A DNA stretch of 48,222 nucleotides, filler included, from Catajapyx aquilonaris (Eukaryota): NCBI GenBank assembly GCA_000934665.2. It is 2 parts of 2 records of this genome, joined end to end, with 100 filler letters (N's around TTAATTAATTAA, not from the genome) between each part and the next. Parts side by side here need not be neighbours in the genome. Positions count along the whole stretch, not along the records: positions 1 to 24,076 come from KZ539377.1; positions 24,177 to 48,222 come from JYFJ02005582.1. One strand, 5' to 3'. The notes beneath the pieces are model-generated. The model made no database searches. It was not told the DNA's origin and worked only from the letters and a program-made list of their open reading frames with translations. Below are positions 21,947 to 34,155 of this stretch, in pieces. The first letter of the stretch is position 1. Every line of letters starts with the position of its first letter. The position numbers and the translations under genes are program-made.

Positions 21947-22376
21947 CAAGGTTATAAAATTTAATCTACCTTCGCTTTGGGGGATGGTAGAAGGGTGCTA
22001 GGCGATCATTTTAAGTAGAGGTATCGTGCATCTCTGAAGCATAGTTACCGAGATAATGTGCTTCAAACACAAATATTAAAATATCCTGGTGGGTATGCGT
22101 CCCTCCATGCGACCTTACCTTTATCATTTAAAAAGGTGTGATCATACAATTTAAATTTAAAACGCAATCCCATTAGGCATAGCAGACAGTGTAGGCGATA
22201 TGGCAGTGTCACAGGCTGTATCCGAAACATAGAAGCAGGTATAATGCACTTTTTATTTAATGCTAATTAACTCGGTAACTATGCTTCGGAGACCCACGAT
22301 ACCTGTACTTAAAATGATCGCCTAGAACCCTTCCACCATCCCCCAAAGCGAAGGTAGATTAAATTTCCGAACCCTG
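21947..22376. mobile_element. Tc1/mariner-type MITE
   Basis: ~105-bp TIRs (CAAGGTT..AATTTAATCTACCTTCGCTTTGGGG / CCCCAAAGCGAAGGTAGATTAAATT..AACCCTG), flanked by TA. Confidence 0.88.
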
Positions 22377-22852
22377 TATATCATGATTTCAATGCTCTAT
22401 ACGAGACATGTCAGAGCATAATTGTAGTGAACATGTTAATTTTTCCCTGGGCCGTAAAAAAAAAACCGCAAAAGCAGAAATTCGCGTTTCCAGGTGTTCA
22501 ATAATTGGTAGCCTTGTTTTATTATAATGGCCTACTGACTTATCGCAGTGTGATTTACTGCGATCTGTACTTACGAACGGGCTCCCTAGGCTCCCCATAA
22601 GGATATTTGATGATTATTATTATTATCCCTCCGCATTCAATCACTTCTGGGTACGTTTGCCTACACCAAGTTAAACACATGTACCCAACACTACATAATT
22701 ATGGGTTTGCTGCTATAAATTAATTAATATTTCAAAATCTATGTATATGAAACAAAAAAATAGAAAACTTTTCCTTCCATTGTAAGGAAAAGTTTCATCT
22801 TTTTTTGTTTGCCAATGGCAACGGGATTTTGCCGATGATTACCATGGAAACA

Positions 22853-22883
22853 GGCCGTGCGAAGAACGGGATCCGCTGCTAGT
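22853..22883 (+). mobile_element. Helitron-like 3' end
   Basis: Hairpin CCGTGCGAAGAACGG about 10 nt before CTAG|T. A similar degenerate end, CCCGAGCAACGCCGCGCCGGG..GCTATAGT, lies at 16015-16049. Confidence 0.5.
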
Positions 22884-22924
22884 GAATATAATATATCAAA
22901 AGAAAAAGACACACGAGGAGAATG

Positions 22925-23018
22925 CGCACTTTTTCGAAATATACTGCATTTACTAATAGATAGTTACTCTACTAGTTACTAATAGTTAGTAAATGCAGTA
23001 TATCTCGAAAATGTGCCT
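22925..23018. repeat. Short palindromic element
   Basis: TTTTCGAAATATACTGCATTTACTAA / TTAGTAAATGCAGTATATCTCGAAAA. Confidence 0.7.
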
Positions 23019-23790
23019 GACAGCACAATTCTAAATCCAGATATGGAATCAGCGCAGAAAGTAGGTAACTACTATTAACAGGAAAATTCTCACCAAAAAA
23101 ATCAAACTGAAATCATTATGAAGTACAGTACTAATACACTCAAGTAACATACGAATTACAAAATACTCTCGCTCACCACATCATGTAGTGAGCATGGAAT
23201 AAAATAATAATTATGTCCTTTGAGAAAGCTCAATACAGAAAATCTGAATGACATTTGGCCTCACTAACAGTGGCTTCTTCCTTGTCTTCTACAAGTACAA
23301 AGTCAAATGGACAATGGAGTACTTAATAACAAAATATCTTAATTAACAGCCAAATGAAAATTAGAGATTACTCTGACCTCATTAGCATGTACTGTACACC
23401 AGGTTCCTCTATAGTAGTCTAGTATCACAGAAACAGTGTTGCCATGTGTTTCTGCAGAGTTGGAAAATATTGGCCATAAAACTAGATATCTAAGAAACTA
23501 TTTTGCATTTTGGCTACTTTTTTGGAAGTAACCTCAGCATTGAATCGATTTTCACCATTCTATAGGCAGTCTGCAGGAGGGTCTGATGACTGTAGCATGC
23601 AAACAAATCTTCGGTTTTATATTACATGTAGCAAAGAAAGATAACGGGTCGAATAACAGGTGACAACCATCTGAATACGAACATCGATTAACTATGTAGG
23701 CTACTTGATACATTTCCAATTAGTAACTCAGAAAAAACCAATAACTTCTGCACATAATAATGTCCATCTCAACAATTAATGCAATGCGGA

Positions 23791-24076
23791 TTATTCCATC
23801 CAAACCTCCAAAAGGACCTTCAAGACATCAACTTCAGCAAACTCCTTCCAAGACTGACTCCGTCTCACCTCCTTTGAATTGGACTTGATGAACTGCAAGC
23901 ACGGATCCTTCAGAGTTGGCAAATCAAGCAAGACTGCATGACTCAAAATGTGCAGTACGTTTTCAGCATTCAAAATGATGCTGACATGCTTCACCATTAG
24001 ATGCAGAAGACGTGGGATCTGATACTTATGAGATGCAATCAACATATCCATGGCCACCTCCGTCACATCTTCAGGG
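23791..24076 (-). CDS. MATH-BTB paralogue 3, C-terminal part only (5' end lost in the gap)
   Basis: DVTEVAMDMLIASHKYQIPRLL..LKDPCLQFIKSNSKEVRRSQSWKE aligns with paralogues 1 and 2. The frame is open up to the N run, and the downstream non-coding sequence is homologous. Confidence 0.88.
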
Positions 24077-24176
24077 NNNNNNNNNNNNNNNNNNNNNNNN
24101 NNNNNNNNNNNNNNNNNNNNTTAATTAATTAANNNNNNNNNNNNNNNNNNNNNNNNNNNNNNNNNNNNNNNNNNNN
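24077..24176. other. Artificial contig spacer: 44 N + TTAATTAATTAA + 44 N
   Basis: Exactly 100 bp and symmetric; the 12-mer puts stop codons in all six frames. Confidence 0.95.
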
Positions 24177-24896
24177 AGACGTAATTAAAGCGATTCGCCG
24201 ATTTTCGTCAAAATCTGACAACCCAAGGGTCAATTTTCCTTAAAAGCTCGGTGAATTGACATGGAATGACCCATTGATAGTATCAGAAAGTTCAGAATTT
24301 TCTCAATCGAAATAGTCATTTAAAAAACTCTCCTTTGTTGGATGTGTCCAAGTAATATTATCGCTACAACTGTTTAAATAGTGGCAATCTGACTATTTGC
24401 ATGTTACGTCGATGGTATCAAATGCCCAAAATTTTATGACAGCCGGACAGTTTTGCATTCTTGCATATTTGGCATATTTTAATTCGAGTTTGCCTTACAA
24501 ACTTCACAGAGGCAGGCTTCTAATTTGCTTAATAGCGAGACACGATAGTATCGCAACCGCTTCAGAAAATTTTCTCATTCCTTGTAAAACGTGTGCTTTG
24601 CAAGCCTTGCAAATTCCGCAAGCACTGCCTCTAAGGAAAAACACCCCACCCCCCCTTCTCCCAAGAGATTAATGACGCAACTTGAGAGAGAGTTTAGCAG
24701 GAGGAGGAGACCCCCTCTCCCGGATTACACGGAAGACAGCGTTCCTCAACATTGCATATAGGTTTCAGGAGTTGAGGCGCGCATTCATCCAGTTCTACCC
24801 CCTAATTAGTGTCATTAGCCCACATCCACTTGTGGCTTGAACTGGAGGTAAACGGACCTTGTTTGCAAAAAAATTTGCAGACATTAAGCAATGGGT

Positions 24897-25475
24897 GATA
24901 CCAATAGTACATAAGTCTATCTGTCATAATCGCATGTTTTGTGGTACTCTATGAATTGATGTAATGTCAATGGGTTAGTATAACTATAAATCAACAACAG
25001 CGTAGCAGGGCCGGAAAAATTTACAGTTTTAGCACGGCGCGATACCAATAGTACATAAGTATATCCATATTAATCAAATGACTTATTATACTGTATGAAT
25101 TTAGATAATGTCAACGGGTTATAATGGCAATAAATCAACAACATACCGTGCCTGGCAGGGCCGCAAAAATTCAGTTTTTAAAATTAATGCGCGATACCAA
25201 TAGTGCATCAGTATATCCGTCTTAATCGCATGTTTTCTTATACGCTATGAATTTAGGTAATGTCACCGGGTAATAATGGCAATAAATCAACAACATACCG
25301 TACCTGGCAGGGCCGCAAAAATTCACAGTTTTTAAAATTAATGCGCGATACCAATAGTGCATCAGTATATCCGTCTTAATCGCATGTTTTCTTATACTGT
25401 ATTAATTTAAGTAATGGCAATGGGTTAGTATGGCAATAAATCAATATCAGCGACGTACCCTGCCTGGCAGGGCCC
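24897..25475. repeat. Tandem repeat, ~145-155 bp unit, ~4 copies
   Basis: GATACCAATAGT recurs at ~24897, 25041, 25193 and 25347. Confidence 0.9.
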
Positions 25476-25960
25476 AGTACTGCCGCGGTCACCCAACCTT
25501 TCGGAGCAAAGTTGTGTTTTTGCAAACAGTTTTTGCAAGGAAAATCATATTTCTGCCCTATTCTTGTCGAGTCTGGCCGCACAAATGCTTCTGGAACCAT
25601 AAAAGACGCTGGCAAAGACAAACGTCTTAGCTTTAAGAAAAAGCGACGAGGTTACATCGGACCACAAACCATTACGGCAGCAAGTTTGTTGGAGAGAAAA
25701 CGACGCTTGACTTTTGTATCCAGTGGCATTGGAGTGCCCTCTGGAGTGCCCCTGCCTGCTGCACCAAAACACAAGAAAACTGACCGACTCACCACTTTTA
25801 TTATTTCTTGCCTGTTTGTTGGCAAGGTTCCTAGTTCCTCTTGCTTTCTTATATCGGATTCTGTTGGTTGCTAGGAGAGGGAGAGTAAAAAGTATTGTGT
25901 TTTTTGACTGCTTTGTAGCCTCGGAACATGGCCAGGGAGCGCAAAAATGGCGGAGGAACT

Positions 25961-26670
25961 GTCGATACTATCACCAGATTGGCTTCTCTCCAGTAATTTA
26001 TCGTTTTGCAATAAGCTGTTCCGTAATTTTGAAGCGGGAAGTGACGTAATGCAATTTTTTTTGGGAAGTATGAGCCATTATTAGAGTCGCATCAGAACTA
26101 TCAGATAATAGATATTGATTCTAATGCATATAATCGATGGAATAGTTCAGCATTACTTCACTGGAACACTTGCTATTCGACTCTCCCGAGTGATAAATAT
26201 TCAATACAAATAACGCCACGTAGTTTCTCTCAGGTGAAGCACTATTTCCATCGATACTATCACTAGATTGGCTTTTCTCCAGTTATTCATCGTTTTGGAA
26301 TAAGCGGCTGGGTAATTTTGAAGCCAGAAGTGATGTAATGCATATTTTATTTGGAAGTATGGACCATTAGAGTCGTACCATCAATAACTATCATAAAAAT
26401 ATATTATCGATAGAATTGTTCAGCATTATTTCACTTCAACACTTGCGATTCGACTTGATCAGTTATAAATATTCAATACAAATAACTTGTACTGTTTCTC
26501 TTCTGTGACCCACTATTTTCATCACTTCTTGTCGATACCATCACCAGATTGGCTTCTCTCCTGCTGTTCGCCCTAACACTTTCAGGTAGCCAAAATGGTC
26601 ACTTGCAATGCTTGCTTATTACAGTAAATTGTTCGTTTGTCGATAGTATCTACCTGATTGGCTTCTCCCT
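25961..26670. repeat. Tandem repeat, ~285-290 bp unit, two full copies plus partial copies
   Basis: TCGATACTATCACCAGATTGGCTTCTC variants recur at ~25962, 26251, 26532 and 26640. Confidence 0.85.
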
Positions 26671-27147
26671 CTAACGTTTCCGAGAATATTCACTAGCAAG
26701 GCGTCGTCGACAAGTATTTTGGCCGTATTTGATAGCAAGATTTACGCAAAAGGCTGCGTCTCATCTCCCCTCAGCTCCTGAGTCGTCCCTATCAAATTAT
26801 CTCGCAGCCTCGCAGATGGCAGATAATGAGATTTAGGCAACCTTCTCTTTTCCCTCCCTCCCCTTCACCTCCTCCTCCTCTCCCCTAGCAACCCCCTCCT
26901 CCCCCCTAGCTATTCACCGAGATGTCTTGGTGGAGAGAGCAGCTTCGCGAATCTTACTGCAGGCTTAATTATCTCGTCCAGTATAGTCCAGCACTTGCGA
27001 AGATGGAGTCATCTGCAATGCCGTTTACAGTGGGTGGCGACTGGGTGGGAAAGGGAATTGGAAAGTTTCTCAAACCAGATGGAGCTACTTGGTTAGTAGC
27101 GGTTTAAAATAACTGGTTAGTTGGGGCCCAGCAGTTGGATATTGAGA

Positions 27148-28060
27148 TCTATCGATACAATGGTTTGGGGTAGATGATGAATTATACTACCGTATCATTT
27201 GTGTTGATACTGTAGTTTGAGTTCGATTATGAACCATTCTGTTTTTGTATCGATACTATAGTTTCACTGTTGATAGCTGAAAATACTAGGGTTTATATCG
27301 ATATCGACCAATACTAGGCCTATAGTTTCGTCGGTACTGGTAGACACTGTAGTTTGCGTTCGATTATAAACGATTATATTGTTGGTATCGGTATTATTGT
27401 TTCAGTTTCGTTAACTGCAAATATTATTGCTTCAGTTTCGTTAACTGCAAAATATTATTGTTTCAGTTTCGTTAACTGCAAATATTATGGTTTGCAGTGA
27501 TATCTATCAATACCATAGTTTGTGTCGGTACTGGTAGATACTCTAGTTTGCGTTCAATTATGAACTATTATATTGTTTGTATCGATACTATCGTTTCACT
27601 TTGGTAACTAAATATTACGTCTTGTATCTATACTCATCGATACTATAGTTTGTGTTCGATTATGACCGTAATAATGTTTGTATCGAAACTATCGTTTGTG
27701 TTTCCGTAACGGTCGATACAATGGTTTACGTCGATACTGAGCGATACTCTATTTTTTGTTCACTATGACTAATTCTATTAATATTATTGTATCGAAACTA
27801 TTGTTTGGGTTTCGACACTATGCTTCATGTCGATAGTGATCTATTACTGTGTAGGTGAGTTTCGATACTGATCTATACTATATTTTGTGTTCGATTATGA
27901 CCATTCTATTGTTTGTATCGAAACTGTTCTTTGTAGTTCGGTACCGGACGATACTATAGTTTCCTGTCGAAAGTGACTGTAGGTGTGTTTCGATACTGAA
28001 CGATACTAATTTTGTTTAAATGCCGATCGATACTATCTGTTGTGTCAAAAACGTATTAAT
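27148..28060. repeat. Diverged minisatellite rich in ATCGATACTATAGTTT
   Basis: Many variants of ATCGATAC(T/A)AT(A/C)GTTT at ~25-35 bp spacing. Confidence 0.85.
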
Positions 28061-28739
28061 ATCGAACATTACTCACCCAAACGTGACGTCACGCTCGCCT
28101 AACGCAGTCACCGTGATTAATAATCGAAAATTTGGCTCGCCTGTCCCGTTTCGTTATCGGTGACACGGAATATGAAGCTTGTTACACACCTCAATTATTT
28201 CGCTCTCTAATCACATTTTGGCGTATAAGTTTGTGCCAATTTTTTCGGGTACTGCAACGTAACGGTTATTTGCGCAGGGTAGCCAACATGCCAGGTTAGA
28301 ACTGCCATTAATATTGGTTTCGAAGGTAAACATATCGCTTTCCCCTGTGTGGAAGGCCTTTTTGATGAATACCATGCGATGGCGTAGGTGATGAATGTTC
28401 ACCGTTGTCCCTCGTCCATATCTCAGTTTGATGTGTCTAGACAGTTCTGAGTAAAACGTCGGTTTGCGTCAGCGTTTTCTACGACACCTGTCAGGTAACG
28501 TGATGACGTGAAGGAACCGCAACATTAATCAGTGAGGCCCCCCTGTTTAAAATTACTGGGTGATGCCAAGGGAAAAGGCCAGGCCTACCTTCGAGTCATC
28601 GATGTTTTAATGAGATTTGGACACCCCCGGTACCTCACCACAGGTACAACCGGATCTGTTCGTATCCGTTTGATACCTCTTCTAGGTAGGACGGAGTAGT
28701 GGCAACAGCGCTTCAATGGGTCGTACTTAACATAGCTGT

Positions 28740-30025
28740 CTGTTTTGTAGTAGCAGTTTGATATCTGGTAGCTGATATTTGATTCATAAGGTTATTTTAG
28801 CAGCGATTTATTTGCTAAGAGAGCGTTTATGTAGCTGTTATTGTCAATAATTAGGAGTTACTTTGATTTCCTAGTGGTTGTCATAATAAGTAATAAATTG
28901 TTGGTATTGTATCAGTGATTTTCATTTACTAGCAGTTATATTACTAAATAATGGATTTTATTTTTGACGTCATTTGCTTAGTGGTATGTAGTTAATTCCA
29001 TTCTATTCGTGATTACAATAGCTGTAATTGTCAGATTAACATAATATTTTTCTCTGTTAGCAGTTGCATGATTAAATAACGGTTAGTGAATTTTTAGCAA
29101 TTATTTACTTGCGAGGAAAATTTTCCTTTTAGCATGATTTTTGGTAGCTGTTTTTCTCACTAATTAGCGATAATTCGCATAATATTATGTATGACTCCGA
29201 ATTGTTAAATAACTGTTATTTGAAATTTTAGCAACTGTTTTGCTCGCAGCTTGTTCCTCAATTTTTAGAGATTTCACTGTGTCGCAGTTATTCTTCATTT
29301 TAGCAGTAACTTCAACATATATAAGCTATAATTTTAATTTCTTGGCGGCTATTGACTTCATTGCAATCATGTTCATTTTAGCAGTGATTAAAAGCAAGCA
29401 GCAGTTCTTTTTAATACTTAGCAATAAATTGCGTTATTTTCAATTTTTAACAGTGAACTGCAAGCAGTGATTTTATATTCTTAGCGGTAAATTGCTATCA
29501 GTGGTTTTCATTTCTTATCAGCGAAATGCTGACAGTGATTTTAAATTCTCATCCGTGACTTGCTAGCAGTTATTTTCAGTTCTTAGCGTTGAATTTGCAA
29601 GCAGTGATTTTCAATACTTAGCAGTGAATTGCTCCAGTTATTTTCAGTTATTAGCAGTGAATTGCTCTCAGTGATTTTAAATTCTCATACGTGACTTGCT
29701 AGCAGTTGTTTTCATTTCGTAACAGTGAATTGCAAGCAGTGAGTTTAAATTCCTAACAGCGATTTTCAATTCTTAGCAGTGAATTGCTCGCAGTTGTTTT
29801 CATTTCTTAACAGTGAATTGCAAGCAGGGATTTTAAATTCCTAGCAGTGAATTGCTCGCAGTTATTTTCAGTTATTAGCAGTGAATTGCTATCAGTGATT
29901 TTAAATTCTCATACGTGACTTGCTAGCAGTTGTTTTCATTTCCTAACAGTGAATTTGCAAGCAGTGATTTTTTAGATTCTTAACGGTGAATGGCTCGCAG
30001 TGATTTTCAATCATTAGCAGCGAAT
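28740..30025. repeat. TAGCAG-based satellite, best preserved at 29420-30025 (~33-bp unit)
   Basis: GCAGTGATTTTCAATTCTTAGCAGTGAATTGC variants in tandem. Confidence 0.85.
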
Positions 30026-30829
30026 TTCTGGCCATTATTTATCTTACCACAACAATCATATTTATCTGCACGAACAATTTGAATGGACCCCTATACTCCC
30101 TCTGAAAGAAAAATGGGTACTAAGCGGGCCCGACCCCAAAAATATCCGCATGTCGCCACACACCAGAGTGGGTGGTAGGGTGGGTAGGGTGTGGGTGGGC
30201 ATAAAATCGCAGAAGGGTCCTTTCGTTTACTCAACTCTTCTCCTTTTCTGGCGCACCGGAGCGAGAAATCGATATTCAGCCGCGGTCGGTATTTCGGGGA
30301 GGAGGGTCCTTCCCTCCTCCTCCTCCTCCTCTCCCCACCACCACCAAGAACGGACCTTTCATTCCACCAAAAACCCCCAAGATTCTTCTGCCAACTTGGC
30401 ATTCCTGCACCTTCAAAAGGGGGGATGTTTTACTCCAGCAATCTTACTTCTAAAAAAAAAAATTAAAAAAATTTGTGTCATTTTGTTTTCCTTAATTAAA
30501 ATCCTCCCCTTGCAGAGTAGGGGACTAATTTCCTTATTTACCCCACCGGTGCAAGTTATATAGGGAAGCAGCTTGCTGTTTGTTGCTCGGACCCGGTCCC
30601 AAATAACGACGGGTTTTTGGGTGGGGAGGGGGGGGACAAAAAGATGTCCCAGGAATTTTGGCCATGTTTGCTGCCTCAGGAGCTTTGTTATGGATCATTA
30701 CAAAGGCGGGGATACCAGACTACAGGGTGTCCACTCACAAGTTATGCCCAATTGTAACAACATCTGCGTTAAATACTTCAGTTATTTACCGGTACCGTAG
30801 GCCTACTTCAAATTAATGTTGCTACAGAA

Positions 30830-31800
30830 ATGTTAATACAGCATTTACTTGTATTAGCCATTTTGGGCCAATAAACTGCTTATTACTAAACTATTACTTT
30901 CATTTGTTAATTTGAATATTAGTTCTTACTTTCATTCGTCAATATTTGAATATTAGTTGCTACTTTCATCAGTTAATAATATATTAATATAATCTGCTTT
31001 TTATTAGCTAGTTTAAATATTGGCTGCTCTTTATTAGAGCTAATAAATGGGCAGCGAATATTTAAAGTAGCTAATAAGAGCAGTTGATATTTAATATTGT
31101 TTAAGCCATTAAATTACTGTTTAGATATTAGCTGTTGCTGTATTTTGATTAATTTACATGGTAGCTGCTACCTTTCGTTAGCTGATTCATAACCTATCAA
31201 CTACTCATATTTAATTGGAATATTTACCTACTTTTTATTAGCCATATTACTCTTGCTACTATTAGTTAATTTAAACATTAGCTGCTGCTATTATTTATGA
31301 ATTTCAATATTAAGTTCTATTTCATGTTATTTCGAAATTATCTGTTGCTGTCACTTGTTAATAAATTGTTAGCTGCTATTGTGAGCTGATTCATAACTCA
31401 GCAACTTCTAACATTTAATTTGAAATAAATTTAGCTACTTATTATTTGAAAAGACGCATATTATCTGTTACTATTATTAGTTAATTTAAAGATCTGCTGC
31501 TGCTGTTGCTCGTTAATACATTGTTAGCTGCTATTGTATTATCTAATTAATAACCTAGCAACTACTATTATTAATATCGATAAATGTTATCTATACTCTT
31601 TTATTAGTTAACATGTATATTAGTTGCTGCTAATATATGCAAATTTGAATATTAGTTAATTTTAATGTTATCTGCTGTTACTATCAGTTGATGTCAATAT
31701 TAACTGCTCTTTATGAGTTATAATTCAAAGGTTATTTGTTGCTTCTTATTGGTTGATTTAGATATTGGTTGTCACTTTTATCAGTTATTTCCAATATTAA
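30830..31800. repeat. Degenerate AT-rich minisatellite (ATATTAGCTGCT-like)
   Basis: Recurring TTAGCTG/TTAGTT motifs at short period. Confidence 0.7.
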
Positions 31801-32409
31801 GTTGAATATCATTATCCACTCTGGTGCAGAGTTACCTTGCACATGCTTTAGGCCTGTTCAGGCTGTGATTGGTTATTGTCTCCGAATAAATGTGGCATGG
31901 GCGCATGGCATGAAACCTTCTGTAAAAGTGGCACATACTGAAGGCAAGTAGCCCGCAAAAGAGAGGGGAAACTTATGCTCTCCTTGCCCCAAATCTGTCT
32001 GCAACACCCCCATCGCCCACTAATTACTTCCCACGGAGTGCTAATTGCGAGATGTGCCTTTTCCTTACTTCAATCCCCCCCAAATTGCCTTCTCACTGCG
32101 CCACCAGGTGACGCCAAGAATTGAGGGGTGAAGGAGGGAGGAAGGGGGGGAATATGGGTAAAGCCTTTCCCCCCCCCCCCCCATCCCATCACTAAAACTA
32201 GGGGTGGTCCTAAACGAAACTATGGCCCACTAAACTCTCTTGAGATATGGCCCATCGAGTCCGGCCCATTTCGAATTTAAGTGTCCTCTGGTATATCCTC
32301 TTCGAGAGTTTGACGAGGGACACTCATTACAATCAAGTTTTCTGACACTTGCTTCGGGGGGTGGGGGGGGGGGGGGTTCATGACAGGGCGTATGCAACAT
32401 GCAGACTAT

Positions 32410-32975
32410 GAGTGTTCGCCACATGTTATGAAACAAGATTGTCAAATCACGTGAGCGTTATTAGAGTATACTTTTTCATGTTTACTGCTATTGTCCCCAA
32501 CGTCCGTCATGGGACTGACAATGAGACTGAAACTGCAACCACCATAACTCATTTTCGGCCAAAAGTGCGTGGACTTAACTTACCCTCTTCCTGTCCCCAC
32601 ATCCTCCTATACCCCCAGACATCCCCTTTCCCCCATAAAAGATCTATCCTAGGAAACCCATCTTTTAGACATTTTCTCAGCCATCGAAAAAAAGTCTTAT
32701 AGCACGACTCTGTCCGTCCGTCCGTCTGTGGACATGTGTCAAGTATCAGGGGGTAGGAGGAGGGAGGGAGGAAATGGTGATCTGGGGACGGGGCGGTCAG
32801 GAGTAGGGGTTGGCGGGGAAAGCGGCTGTGGGGGTTGGAGGCAGCCAGGGGGATGATAGTGAACCCGGAAACCGAAAACCGAAAAAAGTCTTATAGCACG
32901 GCTCTGTCTGTCTGATACCTGTCCACAGACAGACAGACAGAGCCGTTCTATAAGACTTTTTTCTCGAAAAAGTCT
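32410..32975 (+). mobile_element. Helentron/DINE-1-like element fragments
   Basis: Inverse homologue of 9185-9490, with (GTCC)n/(GTCT)n tracts. Hairpin AAAAAAGTCTTATAG..CTATAAGACTTTTTT at 32882-32963. Confidence 0.6.
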
Positions 32976-33469
32976 TTAAAAATGTATCACACAGATTTCT
33001 ATCCATTAATATTTTCATAATTATGTTACCTTAACTGGCTTAACACATATGATGCATATATCTTCATCCCAGAGTTGCCACGTTTAAGTCAAAAATTTCT
33101 TCCACTTAACCCGGTCAGTATTCTTCCAAAGAAATAATTAGAAAATCTCCTGGTTTTGCATGCACGAAATCCGTCCAAAATTCTTCCTATTTGCAAAAAG
33201 TTCTCTCCTCGTCCCTAATTCCTTCAGGGGAGGTTTGGAATTATTCCCTCTCTGAGGCTTAAGCCCTGAGGGAAGGGCTTTCAATGTGCTCAGACTCCAC
33301 AAAAATTCATCAAGATTATAGAATGGGCGACAAAGAACAAGAAAAAAATTAGGCCTATAATGTAAGTCGAATATTGACAGATTATTGTTGTAAGATGTCA
33401 TTTTGTTGCTCAAACTTGATTGATCAATCATTTGCCAAAAATTTCAGGGAGATTCAGGCCAAGTCCACA

Positions 33470-34155
33470 AAAGTTGGGGTAAGTCCGTTATGGCTGAGGC
33501 CAACCCGTTCAAATTGGGGCAATTCCGCTCAGGTTGGGGCAAAAGTCTGCTAAAGTCTGGGTAAGCCCGATCAAATTTGGGTATTCCGTTCAAGTTGGGG
33601 TTAGTCTGTTCAATAAGTTGGGGTAAGTCCGCTCAGGTTGGGACAATTCCGTTCAAGTAGGGGTAAGTCCTATCAATTTGGGGGTAATTCCTATCAATTT
33701 GGGGGTAATTCCTATCAATTTGGGGGTAATTCCTATCAATTTGGGGGCATATCACCTCATGATGGGGCAAGTACGTTCAAGTTGGTGTAATTCCGATCAA
33801 TTTGGGGGTAATTCCGATCAATTTGGAGCAAGTACGCTCATGATGGGGCAAGTACGTTCAGGTTGGGGTAAGTCTGATCAATTCGGGGGAATATCTGCTC
33901 ATGATGGGGCAAGTACGTTCAAGTTGGTGTAATTCCGATCAATTTGGGGGTAATTCCGATCAATTTGGACCAAGTACGTTCAAGTTGGGGTAAGTCCGAT
34001 CAATTTGGGGGTAATTCCGATCAATTTGGAGCAAATCTGCTCATGATGGGGCAAGTACGTTCAAGTTGGGGTAATTCTGTTCAAATTGCGGTATAAGTCC
34101 GCTCACCCCAAATTTTGCCATAATTACCTACCCACCCTCCCTGCTCCCACCAGCC
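33470..34155 (+). repeat. 20-bp G-rich minisatellite (AAGTTGGGGYAAGTCCGCTC family) with a conserved 3' flank
   Basis: About 30 variant units. The flank CCCAAATTTTGCCATAATTACCTACCCACCCTCCCTGCTCCCACCAG matches 39047-39095. Confidence 0.9.

Noticed and set aside
24897..30025. CRISPR-like or other repeat-spacer array
   Set aside because: The units are contiguous diverged tandem repeats without unique spacers. There are no cas or reverse-transcriptase genes, and the context is eukaryotic.
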